Shown piece by piece: positions 26,621 through 40,841 of a stretch of 64,000 nucleotides of DNA. The translations under genes were made by a program, and so were the position numbers. The notes under the pieces were generated by a model. It saw only the letters and a list, made by a program, of their open reading frames with translations, had not been told where the DNA came from and made no database searches. The DNA comes from Octopus vulgaris (Eukaryota): NCBI GenBank assembly GCA_951406725.2, contig OX597818.1, positions 99,200,001-99,264,000 on the forward strand. Reading direction: 5' to 3'. Within the stretch, counting starts at the first letter, position 1. Every line of letters starts with the position of its first letter.

Positions 26621-29600
26621 ACTCCACTTAGAATATTGCTAAAGATTTGGAACATCATTTCTTTGTACAGTGAAGTGTACAAAGAAATGATGTGCCATAA
26701 GCATCAAACAGTTTTGGATATATTCTTTGGCCCTCAAGTTGATGAAGAACTTCAAGGTAGAGGATAATGTCTCTCCTCTCAGAAACTCTCATTCCATTAT
26801 TATAGCTTACATAAGTAGTCAACATCTTTTGTGGTAAGATCACACCCAATTACAGTTCTTATTTATATCCTCACATATTGTCTTCAAAAATTTTCATGTA
26901 TAAATATTGTACAATGTATTTTTTGAAATCATTTTCATACATAACAGTGGTCATATTGCTTTTTTTTTTTTAGTTTTGAAAACAAATCTGTCAGAATGCA
27001 CTATCATTTTATTATATGAAAATCAATATTAAAATTCCAGGCAACAGGATTTGAGGCTACAGCAAGTTCAGGAATGCCTTACTCTTAAGACATGAGGGAT
27101 TCCTGTGCCAGTAATAGAGTAGGCTCAATTTAATTGACTATATACCTTCCCAACTAATTTGTGGCACAGTTATTTCTGACAGCCAGGATTTGATTCACAG
27201 ATGTAGGCATTTTGTTTCACTTGCCTAAGTGTTTTTGAGTACAATATAATCTCATTCTCCGACTTATAAATCAGTTCCTATGTAAGAAATTCTTATTGAT
27301 GCTAGTGGAGGTGGAAAGGATGTTAACAGTTCAGCATCATCAAATGAATGATAGGCCAATTAACTCTGTTCTATTTAAGTAGGAGACATGATGCATCGCC
27401 TTCTGTACTACAGAGGAAATCTTTATAGTTGACTGACATGCTAGAAACAGTGGCCAAATTATTGAACCACACTCAGTCACTTTTGACAAAGGATACATAA
27501 ACCTATCTGAAATTTAGACAAAAGATAGTGGCTGGAAGAACACTGATCAATCAGGGCTAATCTGAAGTTATGTGACTAACAAAGATTAGAATTTTTTATA
27601 GCCATATTCTCTTCATATGAGACCTTACCCTATTTGCATTTGGTATAGCTGATGCTTTCTAGAGGTATTTCCCTGCAGTCATAGTGTTAAAGAGAGATAA
27701 CTCAGTTGTGATCAAGCTTAAAACTAGCTATAACAGCAGTTAAAGAATAAGGATATAAATTATAATTAAATTATAAAAGGTAATTAGTCACAACAACACC
27801 AAAAGACGTAAAAACCAGAAACTACTTTTACAATGGAAATATGAAAGCTGAGTATCTATTCTTACATAGATACAACAAATTACAAAAATCAAAAGACGAT
27901 GATTCTAATCTTTCTAATTTTTAAACATTTTATTAACTGCTAATAGTGCAGAACAGATAAAGTGACAAGAAAACTGAACATTTCTAGTTTATACAACTTG
28001 AAATATATGGAAATTAATGATGCATTATAGGTGAAAAAGTATCTTCAGTTGGTAATGAAAGACATTTTTTACAGTTTAAGTGCACTAAGTAAACTAGTGA
28101 GTAGTAGTTAGGTTGGGCTTAATGTTGACCCCAACAGATAAGATAATACAGGACTGAGACTTAAAAACCTGGCCAAATCATGCCAGCTTTGAGAAACGGA
28201 CAATGAAAAATACGATAATGATATTGATGATGACTACATACAGTTAAGAGTCAGAAGTACAATAGGCAAGATTATGGCAAGTAGTCAATGTAATACAGAC
28301 AGGAGTATATGTATTGATAAGTTTAATTTCCAAGTACTATATAATAAATTTTCTACTGACCAACATATAAATGCAAAGAGAAAGGGAAAAAAGGCTAGAC
28401 TGGGACAAAAGGAGTGGGCAAATGGAGGAGAGGAATAAATACCAACAGAAAGAAAAGAGAGAAAAGAAAAAGAGAAAGTAAGAAAGGAAAAGAGTGTATG
28501 GAAAGGAGAAAAAGGAAAGAAAATTTAAGAGTAAATGAGAGTTGTAAAGAGAAAGAGAAATAAGAACATTTCTAAAACAAGAATGACCTAAGATTCAAAA
28601 TCCCTTGAGAGTATGCTGATAGCTCTAGGAGATATAAGCAGAAAAAGAAAATCTAAAAAAAAAACTCTGCTTGAAATAAACAAGACCTGAACTATTTCTA
28701 TACAAAGTTTCCCCATTTTGAATAAAAGAAGAAAATAAAGAATAAAAATAGCTAACAAATGCTAAAAGTAAAAATAAAAATTGGCACATTTCACTTGAGT
28801 TCAAAGGAATTGGTTATGTACAATTTGCCAAGCATATAAATAATAAAATTTAATAAGACTAAACCCTAATAGATTTTCCCTGTACTTTGAGGAATCTTAA
28901 TTTTTGTTATTGTCTAATGGTAATGTTTCACACACACACACACATGTGCATGTGTGTACATCATTATCTACATGATTTCTACATCTGTTTGTATTTGTTC
29001 ACAAAGCTGGATAGATCTTTTCTAGCACAAATTTTCATCAATTATTTCAGTCCCTTGTCAATTCCTTTTTGAGTACATCACTTCTTACTGTATTCTCAGT
29101 CTTTGGAAAGAAGCATACTGCATTACTGTCAAGCCTTTGTACATCTTACACATTCAAAGACCATATTTACCACCAGGTAATATTACACTTTGTACACAAC
29201 TTTCATGCAATCTTTTTCTTCAGTTGGTGAGAGAATTTTTTGGCATCACTATCATTACCATCATCATTTTAATATCTGCTCTTCTATGCTGATGCATAGA
29301 CAAGATTTCATTTAAGGCAGAACTTTCTTTGATTGGATTCCCTACCTGATGCAAATCCTCACCTATTTCAAAAGTAAATTAATAATTCTATTTATCTATC
29401 AAACAATGAAAAATCTAGACATGCTTTGTGGAAGACTGCAAACATATGACATTGTTTATATGAACAGTGATGTTTTTGTCAAGACAAGAGGAACATGCAT
29501 ACACAAAAAAAAAACACAACAAGCTTCTTACTGTTTCTGTCTGCCAAATTTTACTCACAAAGTAATGGTCAACTCACAGACATAGGACCCCAGCTAATAG

Positions 29601-31294
29601 CATTCATGCATTGGGACCGAGCCCCTAACTATTAAGCAAATTTCTTAACTACATAACTACACTGTTATGCTAGCAGAAGTAAGAAATGACTCCCTAGAGT
29701 AAATATAGACATCAGTTTCATATTTATGGGGTTTATTTGAAAACAAAGTTTCCAGCTCAGGTTGTTTGCAGATAATTTTGTGTGTAGATTCTTTTAATTT
29801 TGTATTTGTTTTTTGTTGTTGTTAGTTTTATTGTTGTTATTTAGCCCAAAGTCAGTCACATAGCTTTCAGTAAACAACATTGAATAGTGTATATCAATAA
29901 CACTGGTTCTGTAATTTCGATAATGTTGACTTGTTTACAGCAGGTGAAAGCTTACAGCCTACACCAATAAAGTTCAAAGGTTACCTTAGAATTTGTTATA
30001 CAGTGTATTTTATACAGTAATTAAAATAAATCTGACTTAGTCTCCCTTTTCTAGATACAATATCAAATGTAAGTCAATATATATAAGTCAAAGTATATTA
30101 TACATGTGAGAGATTTTTCATAAGATTTCATTACTATTATTATGTGCACTACACATGAGTGCATATTATACATGAATAAATAGTCATTTTTTAGGCCTGT
30201 ATACAATTTATAGTTTTCTTCATATATCAAACAACAATAAATGTAAGAATAAATGTGCTTTTCTTGTGAGAGTCTATTAATTTTTTTATGAATGTCAGTA
30301 TAGATAATATGTTTAGCTGTTGAAAAAGATTATAAAAAACAAAAATAATTAAATTTTATAAAGTCAAAATCAAATCAACAAAACGATCAAATGAAAAGGA
30401 CATAACACATAAATATTTTTTTATATATGAAAAAACAACTTCAAGATCATTTCTTTTTATTAAGTTTGGGTCTTGCGGAAGGGCTGTACTCATGACCTTT
30501 GCAGGCAGAGATTAGTAAAACTGATGCTTCAATTTTTGCAAGTAAAGAGATGCGAGTAAAATGTGAAAGAAGAAAATTTCAGTGGACCAAAATCTTGGGA
30601 AGGAAGAAATGGGTGCAGTTAGTGCTGGGCCTGGGTGAGTGGACACAGTATAAGCAACAAGAAGAGATGTGTGAGTACAAAATGCTTGTCTATGACCCAG
30701 AGGTAGGAGTGCATTTGTAAGTGACTTTATTCCAATAAACCAGGGGACTTTTGTTGGATGCAGTCAAAAAAGAATGTATGTAGCAGTAGCACCATTGCAG
30801 ATGAACTATTTGCATCACTCTATTAGAGGTCCCAGTAGAGTGAAGATAGATGCAAAGCAGACAGTTAAGTGTGGAGGCTTTCTCTGTAGTGGTATTACTG
30901 GTTTAGAAGTGGAGTGCAGGAACAGAAGGTTTTGTAAAGCTGGTAAAAATCTTTGGGAAAGGAATCAAAAGGGCAAGCTACAGATTGGCAGGAAGAACCT
31001 ACAAACTGCACAATACACAAAAGTCTCTTTCTCATTTCAGAGGATGGATTTGCTGGAGTTTCAGCGCTGGGTAAAAAGTGCCCAGTTTTTAGAGGTGGGT
31101 GATACTTCTAAAAAAAATTTAGGTCTTGTTCTTTACTTTAACTGACAAAACAACTATGATGACATCATTTGAGGGAGTTGGATCTGTGTGTCTGACCATG
31201 CATGTAAAGTGGGGGGACACGCCATAAAACTATGAAATGAGACAGGTTAATAATAATGCTTTAGAGAATGTGTGCACACACACACAGACACACT

Positions 31295-31340
<46 letters not shown>

Positions 31341-33454
31341 TATGTTGTTTAGTCTCCCACAGTCAAGTCAGGTCTGAACAAAAATATCTATAAACAAACA
31401 TAAAAAAAAATAGAAACCAAGTTTTATAGAAAGTTGTCTTCAATACTTGCTAAAGTGAAAATAATATTACTCTTAGACTAGTATTCCTTTTTTCTTCACT
31501 GTATAACAATTTCTAGTTAGCATTTTAATGCTCTTTATATCAAATATGTTAACACTTTCATAAGAATAGCATCTAAATTATTTGTTTTAAAAAATCTCTA
31601 AAAGTACCAAAACTCATAAATAACCATTTGAGCAATAATTCCTGACTGAATCATAAATAGTAACATAAAGCCATAAAACACTTTAATGATAATTAAGAAA
31701 ACTCTTAAAAATAATTAATAAAAAAAATGACTATTTCAACATTTACTTGTACAAAATTAAAGAGGGAGAAAGAACAAAGCACCTGATGAAACAGCTTAAC
31801 TGTTTTGACTGCATGTTGATAGTCATTGTTGGAGTTGGCAAAAATTGAAAAAAAAGCAAAGTGACTATGTAGGGACTTGAAAGAAAGACAATTCTAAAGA
31901 TCTGAGAATCATGATGAATTTAAGAGATGAAAGGAGTACTGAGCAAATGAGAACAAGGATTGAGGTAGAAATAAAAATAATAAAGCTTTCTCAATGAAAG
32001 TAAAGTAAGGCAAGTTAAAGAGAGGCTTAAAATATGCATTAAAGGTAAATATGGCAAGCAGAACCAAGATTTGGAAAAGGTTGAATGAAAGTAATGGAAA
32101 AGGAAGAAATGACGGAATGTGGTCAGAGAATAGATAAGAAGTGAAAGGGAGTAATGGTATGATGCTGAAGAACAGTTTGAAACTATTTGGAAGGAAAGGG
32201 TACATTAGTGAAGTGTATCCTCAGTGGAAGCAAGTGTGTATGAAATGGACATAATAGTATCATGTGAAGGAATAGCTGGAAAAGGAAAAAGAATACAGAA
32301 GAGTGGCATAAAAAGAAAGGGAAAAAACTAAAGTTAGCATAGAAAAGGAATGAAGATATAGGAGTCTGTTTCAGATAGTGAAGTAAAGAAATAATTGTTT
32401 GTACCATAGCGAGAAAGAGAAGTGGGAAGATTGTTAATAATTAAAACAAGCCCTAGTGTTCAAAAAAGCAAACTTCTTTCCAACTGGAAATAGTTCAGCA
32501 AGAGATTAAATACACACACAAAACACACAACACACAAACAAACAAAAACAAAAACAAAAGGAACTGCAAAATAATATGACCAAATGAAATTAAATAGGTA
32601 GAAAAAACTAACTGTTGATCTGGCATAGTAAATTATTCAGCTGTTTCATAATCAAATTAAAAGGAATAAATTAGGAAAATATCCCCAGTTATGATGATCA
32701 CATGGAATTAACTAACCATGGAGAAATATTTGTAAAATAACTTTAGCAAAAATAAATAAATAAAAACTCTTTAAAATTAAAGGGAAAAAATTTACAAAAT
32801 AAATATAAAATCATTTTTTAAACTGTATATTTAAATTATTTGTTATTCTATTTTTATTGCCTTCTTTTCAGTGGAGTGTTAATTGGAAAACTTTGACAGA
32901 ATTTTTTCATAATTATTTTTAGTTTGTGTTCATATTAATTTTTGCTTCCTTTATTATACAAAAATATAGGTTGTTGTTGAAATATAGCCAAATTCTTTTA
33001 CTTTATGAGTTGTAAAGTATTCATTTGCCAATATCATTTCATACAATTCAAGTGTGTGCATATTATGCATTTGCACAAATGTACACATTGATGTGGCAAA
33101 GGAGCATAGTGATGGAAAAGTACATATTTAAAAGGACTTACAAGAAACAACTTTTTTGATTTTCATAAGTGGAAAAATATGGAGTAAATATGTTTGTTAA
33201 TGTAGCAAACAACTTAAGTTGAAGTAAGATTCCATTGAGTCATGCCAGGAACTGATTTCAATTCACAGTTAAAGCCACTTTATTTATAGCACTATTACGC
33301 TTCTAGGAGACCTAAAATTCATTTAAAAATTTTTTGAAGTCATGTATTGTGGGAGATCCAGTTTCGGTTACCTATATATACATACATTATATATATATAT
33401 ATATATCCCTCTCTCTCTTTCGGAGAGGCACTGAGCAGCTATATGCACACATAC

Positions 33455-33617
33455 ACACACGGCAGTAACTTCCACCTACCGAATTCAATCACAAAGCTCC
33501 GGTTGGCTCGGGGCTATAGTGGAAGACACCTACCCAAAGTGCCACGCAGTGGGACTGAACCCGAAACCATGTAGCTAGGAAGCAAGCTCCCGAACCACAC
33601 AGCCATGCCCGCGCCTA
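33455..33617 (-). mobile_element. SINE family A, 5' half
   Basis: gtgccacgcagtgggactgaacccgaaaccatg...accacacagcc. Confidence 0.8.
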
Positions 33618-33640
33618 TACACAAACACACATATATATAT

Positions 33641-33810
33641 AGGGGGAAATTTCACAAAAAAAAAAAGAAAGATGAAGACAGGTGGTGTAGACAACAAAAC
33701 AAACAAATGTATTAGTCTAACGCATGGGAAGTGAAAAAGTCTTCAATGTTTCGAGCCTATGCTCTTCCACAGAAGGAACACAGAAAGAAACAAGGAGAGA
33801 AAATAAAGGA
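33641..33810 (-). mobile_element. Family H1 copy 2 with decayed hammerhead (33741-33775)
   Basis: Homologous to 1817-1972; minus strand CUGUGGA A GAGC-AUAG-GCUC GAAAC AUU GAAG. Confidence 0.72.
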
Positions 33811-34085
33811 TGTGTAGCAGCTAGCAATCTATAATGGTGAATACCAGACAGAAAGGTCACACAGGAAAGCTAGGGGAAGGGGAGATAATAAAGTAGTGGT
33901 GATCCCAAAACGAAGGTGCGCGTGTGTGTGTATAAGAGTATATATGTGCATGTGGAAGAGGACTGATGACCTTGATGTGTGCGTGTGTGTAGGTGCAAAG
34001 ATGTGGGGATGGGAAGTGGTCAGTGCTAGTGTTTGTGTCGCAGTGTGATGTGATGTGTTGTGTGGTATGGTTGTGTATGGTGTGA

Positions 34086-34139
<54 letters not shown>

Positions 34140-34734
34140 CATACATACATACATATATATACATACATATATACATACATATATACATACATATATATAT
34201 ATATACATACATATATACATACATATATACATACATATATATATATATATGCATGTGTGTGTATCATTATTATCGACATTGTTTTAATGACCACATTTTT
34301 ATGCTTGCATGAATTAGATGGAGTTTATTGAGGTAGATTTTCTAATCATTTATCTTTCCTGTTTCCAAATAAGGTAGTATTTCCTCATGGCCAGACATAT
34401 TTTTGCAGAACATTGGAAATGAATGACACCTGCGTGACAATAACACTCATTTACAACTATTTTGCTATAAAGACAAGGAAACACAAACACACATATGATA
34501 GGATTCCAAAACAAGTTGCTGCATACCAAATCCACTTGCAAGGCTGTGTTCGGCCCAGAGCTATAGTAGAAGATGCTTGCCAAAGGTGGTATACAACAGG
34601 ACTGAACCTGAAACATATGGTTGGGAACCAAGCTTCTTAACCATACAGCTACACCTATACCTATCTACCTATGTATATATCATCATCATCATTTAATGTT
34701 CATTCTTCATGCTGGCATGGGTTTTACACACACA

Positions 34735-35730
34735 CAAGGGTGAATCAAAGTGTAATTTTTATAAGATATACATTTCTCAATGAAATTGGATATTTGGTAC
34801 AGATATAAGGGTACATAAACTCATAGTCTTTAATTATCTTTTCTTTTTCTTTTTTTCTTCAGATATACAAAAAAAATGAGCTGATATAAAAAAAATGGCT
34901 TCCCTGCTGGAAGTTCATCAGAAGCATTAACCCTTGTTGCCAAAAGAGAATCTCCTGTAAACATTGAAAAGAGACTGAAAAATGTTTAAAAAGATAAAGT
35001 TGAGAATTCAACAGACCAAAAAAAGAATTGGGAAATTCAAGCTTAGTAGACATGCCCTGTAGTGCTGCCCATCCACTTCTGTAAATCCTGCCAACAAGGA
35101 AAAAGTAGATGCTTAAATTAGAACTGATAGGCACTTAACTATTGATGAGCTGGCATCAGGGCTTGAAGTTAGCCATGGTAGTACTCACATTATTGAGTCA
35201 CTTCAATAATCAAAAGAGCACAGGACTGAAAGGTTAATTGTGGCACTGAACTCCTTGAACTAAGTGAACCTTTTTTTCAACTGGTAATGAAAGTTTGATT
35301 TATCATTATGAACCAGAATCAAAACAATTAACAGAATCCGATGTCTCCAAAAACAAATCAGCTGGAATAATAATTATTCCAGCTGATTTGTTTTTGGAGA
35401 CATTGGGTGATTGTCTTTTGGGATACTTAAGGTGTTATTCTTATTGATTTCTTGCCAAAATGAGAAACACTCACCCCTGAAGCATTTACTGAGACCCACC
35501 AAATTAGACCAAATTTGGAGATGAATTAAGTTCTTTAGCATGACAATGCCAGGCTTTACTTAAACCTCAAAACAAGGGAGGTAATCACCTCTTTCAGATG
35601 GACAACTGTCATATTCTCCCTACTCACCTGGCTTGGCACCTTCAGACCTCTATTTCTGTTGTCCAATGGAAGAGGCACTGCGAGACAAACATTCTAGAGA
35701 TGATGAAGAAGTGAAAGCTGCTGTAAGCAA
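34735..35730 (+). mobile_element. Mariner transposon relic with internal fold-back
   Basis: TGNESLIYHYEPESKQ, VIVFWDT*GVILIDFL, HDNAR and PYSPGLAPSD motifs in broken frames. Confidence 0.85.
35341..35403. repeat. Perfect 31-bp-arm palindrome with 1-nt spacer
   Basis: atgtctccaaaaacaaatcagctggaataat a attattccagctgatttgtttttggagacat. Confidence 0.97.
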
Positions 35731-36899
35731 TACCCTTGTAGAGAAGTAGTAATGAGAACCTGTGATGTTCAGCTATATTTTGATGTGCAATATACTCATG
35801 TTCTTTGGTATTTTGCAAAACAAACTGCATTACTTTTTGACTCAACTTCGTGTGTGTGTGTGTGTGTGTAAGTAAGCACACATGGAAATGACACACACAT
35901 TAGTGACATTCATTTTTCTTTCAAGCTCTTTAAGCAGTATGAAAATTCACCCCAACTCACATATATAGCAAATACTCTTTGTTTTATCTCATATTTTATT
36001 AAGAAATCATTATAATAACTAGAAGAAAGACCACCTTCCAGGCGGTTTTCTGCTAACCCCTTGATAATATTTTCACATTCGATTCCCAATTCTAATAATT
36101 TTAATGATATTTTACGTTTAATTATGTCTTTGTATAATAGTGCTTACTTGCTTAGTAAATATCGCTTGCATTATTTTATCAGTCATAATCTCTCTTTTCT
36201 AAACAAACATCAAGGTAGTCCAACAACAGAGGGAGAAGTAGTTCATCAAGTTTCACCTTCCTCTCAAAGTAACATTGAGATTTTAATTCAGTAGCCCATC
36301 TGTAAGCTTTGCAGTGTGTGTGTGAGAGAGAGGGGGGGAATAGAGAACATTGCAAATAATGAATGAAATAAACATGAAATGAAAAAATTGTATAAATAAA
36401 AGGGCATTACTACAGATATATATGCCCCCCGAATTTGTTGTCTTATAACATCCAGAAAAATGGATACTTTTTAACAAAATTTTCCACAAATACCACTTAG
36501 ATGTTGTGACTTCAGAGTATATGGGGATTTATGGGAAAGAATTTTTTCGATGGGGTAGAGAGAGGAGTTTCGGAAAATTCACATGATCTGACTCTTTTCC
36601 CTTGTAACTTTCAGGAAGATGGGTATCTTTTTAAGAAAATTTATACAAATCCCTTTTAAACAGCATAGATTACGATTTATAAAGAAATTTGTGGGGAAAA
36701 CTTTTTCGGGGATTTTCCCCATTTTTTTTAAGCCACAGCCTTCGAAATGATGGGGTTGTATTGATGTTTTTCAATATTTTTCCCTATAAATACATTTATA
36801 TACTATAAAAAGGTAAATTTGAGAAATTATGAATTTTTTTGCAACCTCACTCCCTACACCCAATTGCTTCCGTTTAGAAATGAAAATATCAGAGGGCCT

Positions 36900-37026
36900 G
36901 AGGAGGAGGACGAGGAGAAGAAGAAGAAGAAGAAGAAGAAGAAGAAGAAGAAGAAGAAGAAGAAGAAGAAGAAGAAGAAGAAGAAGAAGAAGAAGAAAAA
37001 GAAGAAGAAGAACAACAACAACAACA
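36900..37026 (+). repeat. Compound trinucleotide microsatellite (GAG)n(AAG)n(AAC)n
   Basis: Read directly from the sequence. Confidence 0.97.
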
Positions 37027-37077
37027 TTATTGAAAAATACCTTAGGAATGAGAACCCAGGTTCAAAATTTCCCCCAA

Positions 37078-37123
37078 GACACCTGAAGAAGGCTGGAGGG
37101 TATATCAGCTGAAACGTTGAGTT
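37078..37123 (+). ncRNA. Minimal type I hammerhead-like motif in a microsatellite-flanked element (about 37027-37210)
   Basis: GACAC CUGAAGA A GGCUG-gaggguauau-CAGCU GAAAC GUU GAGUU: core intact, stem II pairs, palindromic AACGUU stem III, stem I has one mismatch. Confidence 0.7.
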
Positions 37124-37919
37124 AACAACAAACAAGATGAGGACAAATATCCATCGAATGTAAATAATGTAAATAATGTACATAATTCCTCATCTCTAAA
37201 ATATAAAACTATAAAGAACAAACAAAATCAAAACATGATTAACAAGAAAAATATAATGAATCGAAATACAATAAAGTATAGGAAGATAGACAGAGAAATC
37301 AAGTAAAAAGCATTATACAAAATTTTCTTAAATAGAAAAATGACAAGATGTACAATTACAACAGAAAGGCTTTAAAACAAAAGAAAACTATAATGCAGCT
37401 ACAAAACTACAAGTAACAAATAGTAATTTAATGATGAAAATATCAAGTGAAAAGTGTTTTGCAGTTTGAATGGAAACAGTGGAGCCAAGATGTGAGGTGA
37501 TCGAAGAAACTATATCAACAACTCAGTTTCTATTCCAAGCTAGAACAAAATCCCTTCATTTGCACTGCTATTACCTTATGAGAAGTAAAAGTCTCGCAAT
37601 TTTCCATCTCCTTTTTTCTAAGGTAGTTATACTAATGCTTCTGGAAGGAACATACATACTGGTGTTCACATCTTCAGACTTTAGAGATTTTGTGAGAAAC
37701 AATTATTTCATTATTGCTCATCACAAGAAACCTTATGAGCTAAGAGGATAACAATAGTGACCCTCTCAATCCTACATGAATTACTGAAATGGCAGTAGCA
37801 ACAACTGAGTCATCAAAACATTTAACTAAATGCATTTAGGCTTCACAGTTAAAAACACTGGATTTTATCCTTCTCTGATTTCATAAATATAAATAATGTA
37901 TATATAATAATATATTCAG

Positions 37920-38215
37920 TAGATATGTGAGGACTTGAGAGGAATGAAACTAGTATGCTTCATCAGATGTGCATGTACAACAAAGAGTTGATATAGAAAA
38001 AAAATGGGCATGAGGGATTAGATGTAATGTGCAAGAGAGATTGCACTGGTTTGGTCATGTGATATACATGGATGAGGAAAGCTGCATAAAGAAGTTCTGA
38101 TCATTTAAAGTGGATGGAACTTGTGGAAGAGAGCCAGGAAAGTAGTGAAGATTGATTACAAGATGCTTAGCCTCACGGAGGAGATGATTGGCAATTTGCA
38201 GTGCTCAAGAAGACC
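37920..38215 (+). mobile_element. RTE LINE 3' fragment (same family as 17490-18625)
   Basis: gtgcaagagagattgcactggtttggtcatgtg (LHWFGHV) and ggaacttgtggaagag match 18400-18620. Confidence 0.75.
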
Positions 38216-39076
38216 CATCCATCACAGCAAATATGTAAGTCCTAGATACATTTTGTCTGTGATTATATGTACTGGGTACAGTCCCTACACTCATATAGCC
38301 TTGTCAAGCATTTCCCACTTACCCTTCTCCTTTATGCTGGGTGCTGTCACTACACCCATACTGCCCTGTCAAGAATTACCTACAACTCCCTACCACCTCT
38401 CCTTGATATTACATCCCCTAATTCATTGTTACTAGTTACTGCCTTCCTTTCCACATACTATTTCTCCTCCGCATCCCTCAGTCATACTTCATCTTAATAC
38501 CTGCACTTATCTGCCACCATGTCTGCACTTATCTGCCACCATGTTCACTCACAATAGCTACCTTTTATGTACCTTATGTATCCTTCCCAACAGCTTCTAT
38601 TTCCTACTCCTTGGACTATCATCCCTTAGATACTCCTACCCATTCTCTTCTTCTTCCCCTATCAGCACTGATATTTCCCATCAATCCACACTTCCACTCC
38701 TATTTATCACTCACTACATTCACCTCTACTCCGACATCTGTTATTATCCATCTGTTCTTTTCTCCTTTCACTTTTATAACCACCTGTCCCTCCTAATCCA
38801 TTGCTCATACCATCTCTTGTTCCTCCTGGGCTTTACTCTGGCAGCCCATCACTACCTTTTCCTAGATACTTCCATCCATCTTAACAAGGAGGGAGGGGCA
38901 TCTAGCCATAGAAACTATGCCCAAGCTGACATTGAGCACAATGCAGCTCTGTGGTTCACCAGATCCTGTCACAGCAGCATTGAAGACAGGTGTTAAATGA
39001 TATAACTAGTCTAATCAACTTTTTTTTTTTGCCATAAAACCAAATAAAAAAGACTACAATCATTATTGCAACATAT

Positions 39077-39363
39077 ATGGGAAACTACCACCTGTGTCAT
39101 CTCTTGTGATAGGTAAGAGAGTCCAGTTTGCTGGACATTGTTGTAGAGCTGAAAAAGAGGTAATTTCTACTCTTCTCCTCTGGAAGCCATCTACTCGCAA
39201 TACCAGAGGGCGCACACTCTCCTACCCTGATGTAATCTCCAGGGATACAGGCATCCAGCAACAGGACCTCCGTAATGCCATGATGGACCGTGAAGTCTGG
39301 CGTAGCATGGTAAATTCCATTGTCTCGACCATGGTCGAACAATGATGATGAATGATGATGATG
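39077..39363 (+). mobile_element. Young 5'-truncated RTE-like LINE with (TGA)n tail and 12-bp TSD
   Basis: Open frame ...KRVQFAGHCCRAEKEVISTLLLWKP...AMMDREVWRSMV; TSD attgcaacatat at 39065-39076 and 39364-39375. Confidence 0.9.
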
Positions 39364-39802
39364 ATTGCAACATATTTTTCTGCTTTTAGCTTCAGCCAAC
39401 ATCACAGATTTCTGAGACACAGTCACATATTGTTGTGATAATGTTCCAGCATCCTTTAATTAATTAAAAAGAGATGCAATATATCGTCAGCAACCCTAGT
39501 AATGGAAGATGTAAGGGACATAACTCTTTTATACTTAAGCAACACTTGTATGTAAATATAATTGACACATCATACATTTAATTTTCAAGTTCGTGCTGGT
39601 TATTAATTACAAAGGGAAACAATTTTGAACATAATTTCTGTTGAGTTTGTTTTACACTGGATTTAGACGAAAACTGGCGTGCTGATTTCAAAACTGCACG
39701 AGTTTTTTTTTTTTTTTTCTTCGGCTTATTCACTGAATAAGCACAATTGTATTGTTAGACAGTAACAGGACTGGTCAGCTGTTTTTATTATTTCACTGAT
39801 AA

Positions 39803-40841
39803 CACTGGGGAACATTTTCGAAGGTGCTGGGTTCAGAAATTTCCTATCTTTTTTGTTAAATAGTAATTAATTTTTTTTTTTTTTTACCAACTATTGTCAA
39901 TTTTGCCATTAAACGCAATACTAAATAGTACAAACTAAATAGTACTTTTTACTCTTTAACAAATATATTACATAGAATGTTTAATTACACATCTTAGTAT
40001 AGATTTTTCTGTCAAACTGGAATTTCAGCTACTCAAGGAGTAAACTTTCTCTTTCCTGTTCTGCATTAATAACCTGCATCACAATGGCATTCCACCTGTC
40101 TTGATACCTAGTCTCCATGGTTTTGATGTTTTGGAGGAATTTTTCTCCTTGCTCATCATTATTTACTGCACTATGATTTTCAGGGAAGTAGTCCAGATGA
40201 CTGTGCAGGAAATGCACTTTGACACTCATGTTGCAGCCCAGTGCTTGAAAACTGGTTCACAGAGTCTGCACATTTTCTTCATAATTTGATGACTTCCTGG
40301 GAAACAGGAAGTCATCAAATTATAAAGAATTTGTGCAGACTGTTAACCAGTTTTCTTTATACATCTATGTCTTTCCTGCCATGTGTATAACTGGGATTAG
40401 CCTCAATACATTTTATGGATTCCACTAGCTACTTGATTTTAGAATTATATAATGATACATATTAACTATATCAGGTTCCAATGAATTAAGTAATTCATAG
40501 ATTGAAAATAGCCTAAGTTGCTGAAGCCTGATGCTTTTTATTTACTGAAAATATTTGAATCATGACTTTTGTTTTCGCTTTTGTAGTTGCAATTACTTTA
40601 AATGATATTGAAAACTATATTTTCAAAGTTTTGTCAAGCTTCATACACGGGTCTGTATTTGAAGCTAAAATCTACCCTTAGAAATAGTGACAACACCAAA
40701 AATGTTGAAAAATGGACATTTGAGTTTGTGAAAAATCTTGACATGATAGAGCAAAATGGATTTCATCTTTGAAATCAGCACCCCATAATTATTAGGAAGC
40801 ATGTCTCCAACACCAGACAAGAAAAACCATGTTCCCCAGAG
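39803..40841. mobile_element. Internally deleted and rearranged Chapaev3-like (CMC) DNA transposon
   Basis: TIRs cactggggaaca (39803) and tgttccccagag (40841), flanked by TAA and TTA. Minus-strand LGCNMSVKVHFLHSHLDYFPEN..DEQGEKFLQNIKTMETRYQDRWN matches the SLKIHFLHSHLDFFP...DEHGERFHQDI motif. The family name is from recall. Confidence 0.78.

Noticed and set aside
30460-31240. Possible LINE 5' region or coding sequence
   Set aside because: Composition looks element-like, but I could not read convincing protein motifs.
31783-31810. CUGAUGA followed by an AACAG/CUGUU stem
   Set aside because: No GAAA or cleavage triplet follows.
36819-37183. Poly-Lys, poly-Arg and poly-Phe ORFs
   Set aside because: Artefacts of the (AAG)n microsatellite.
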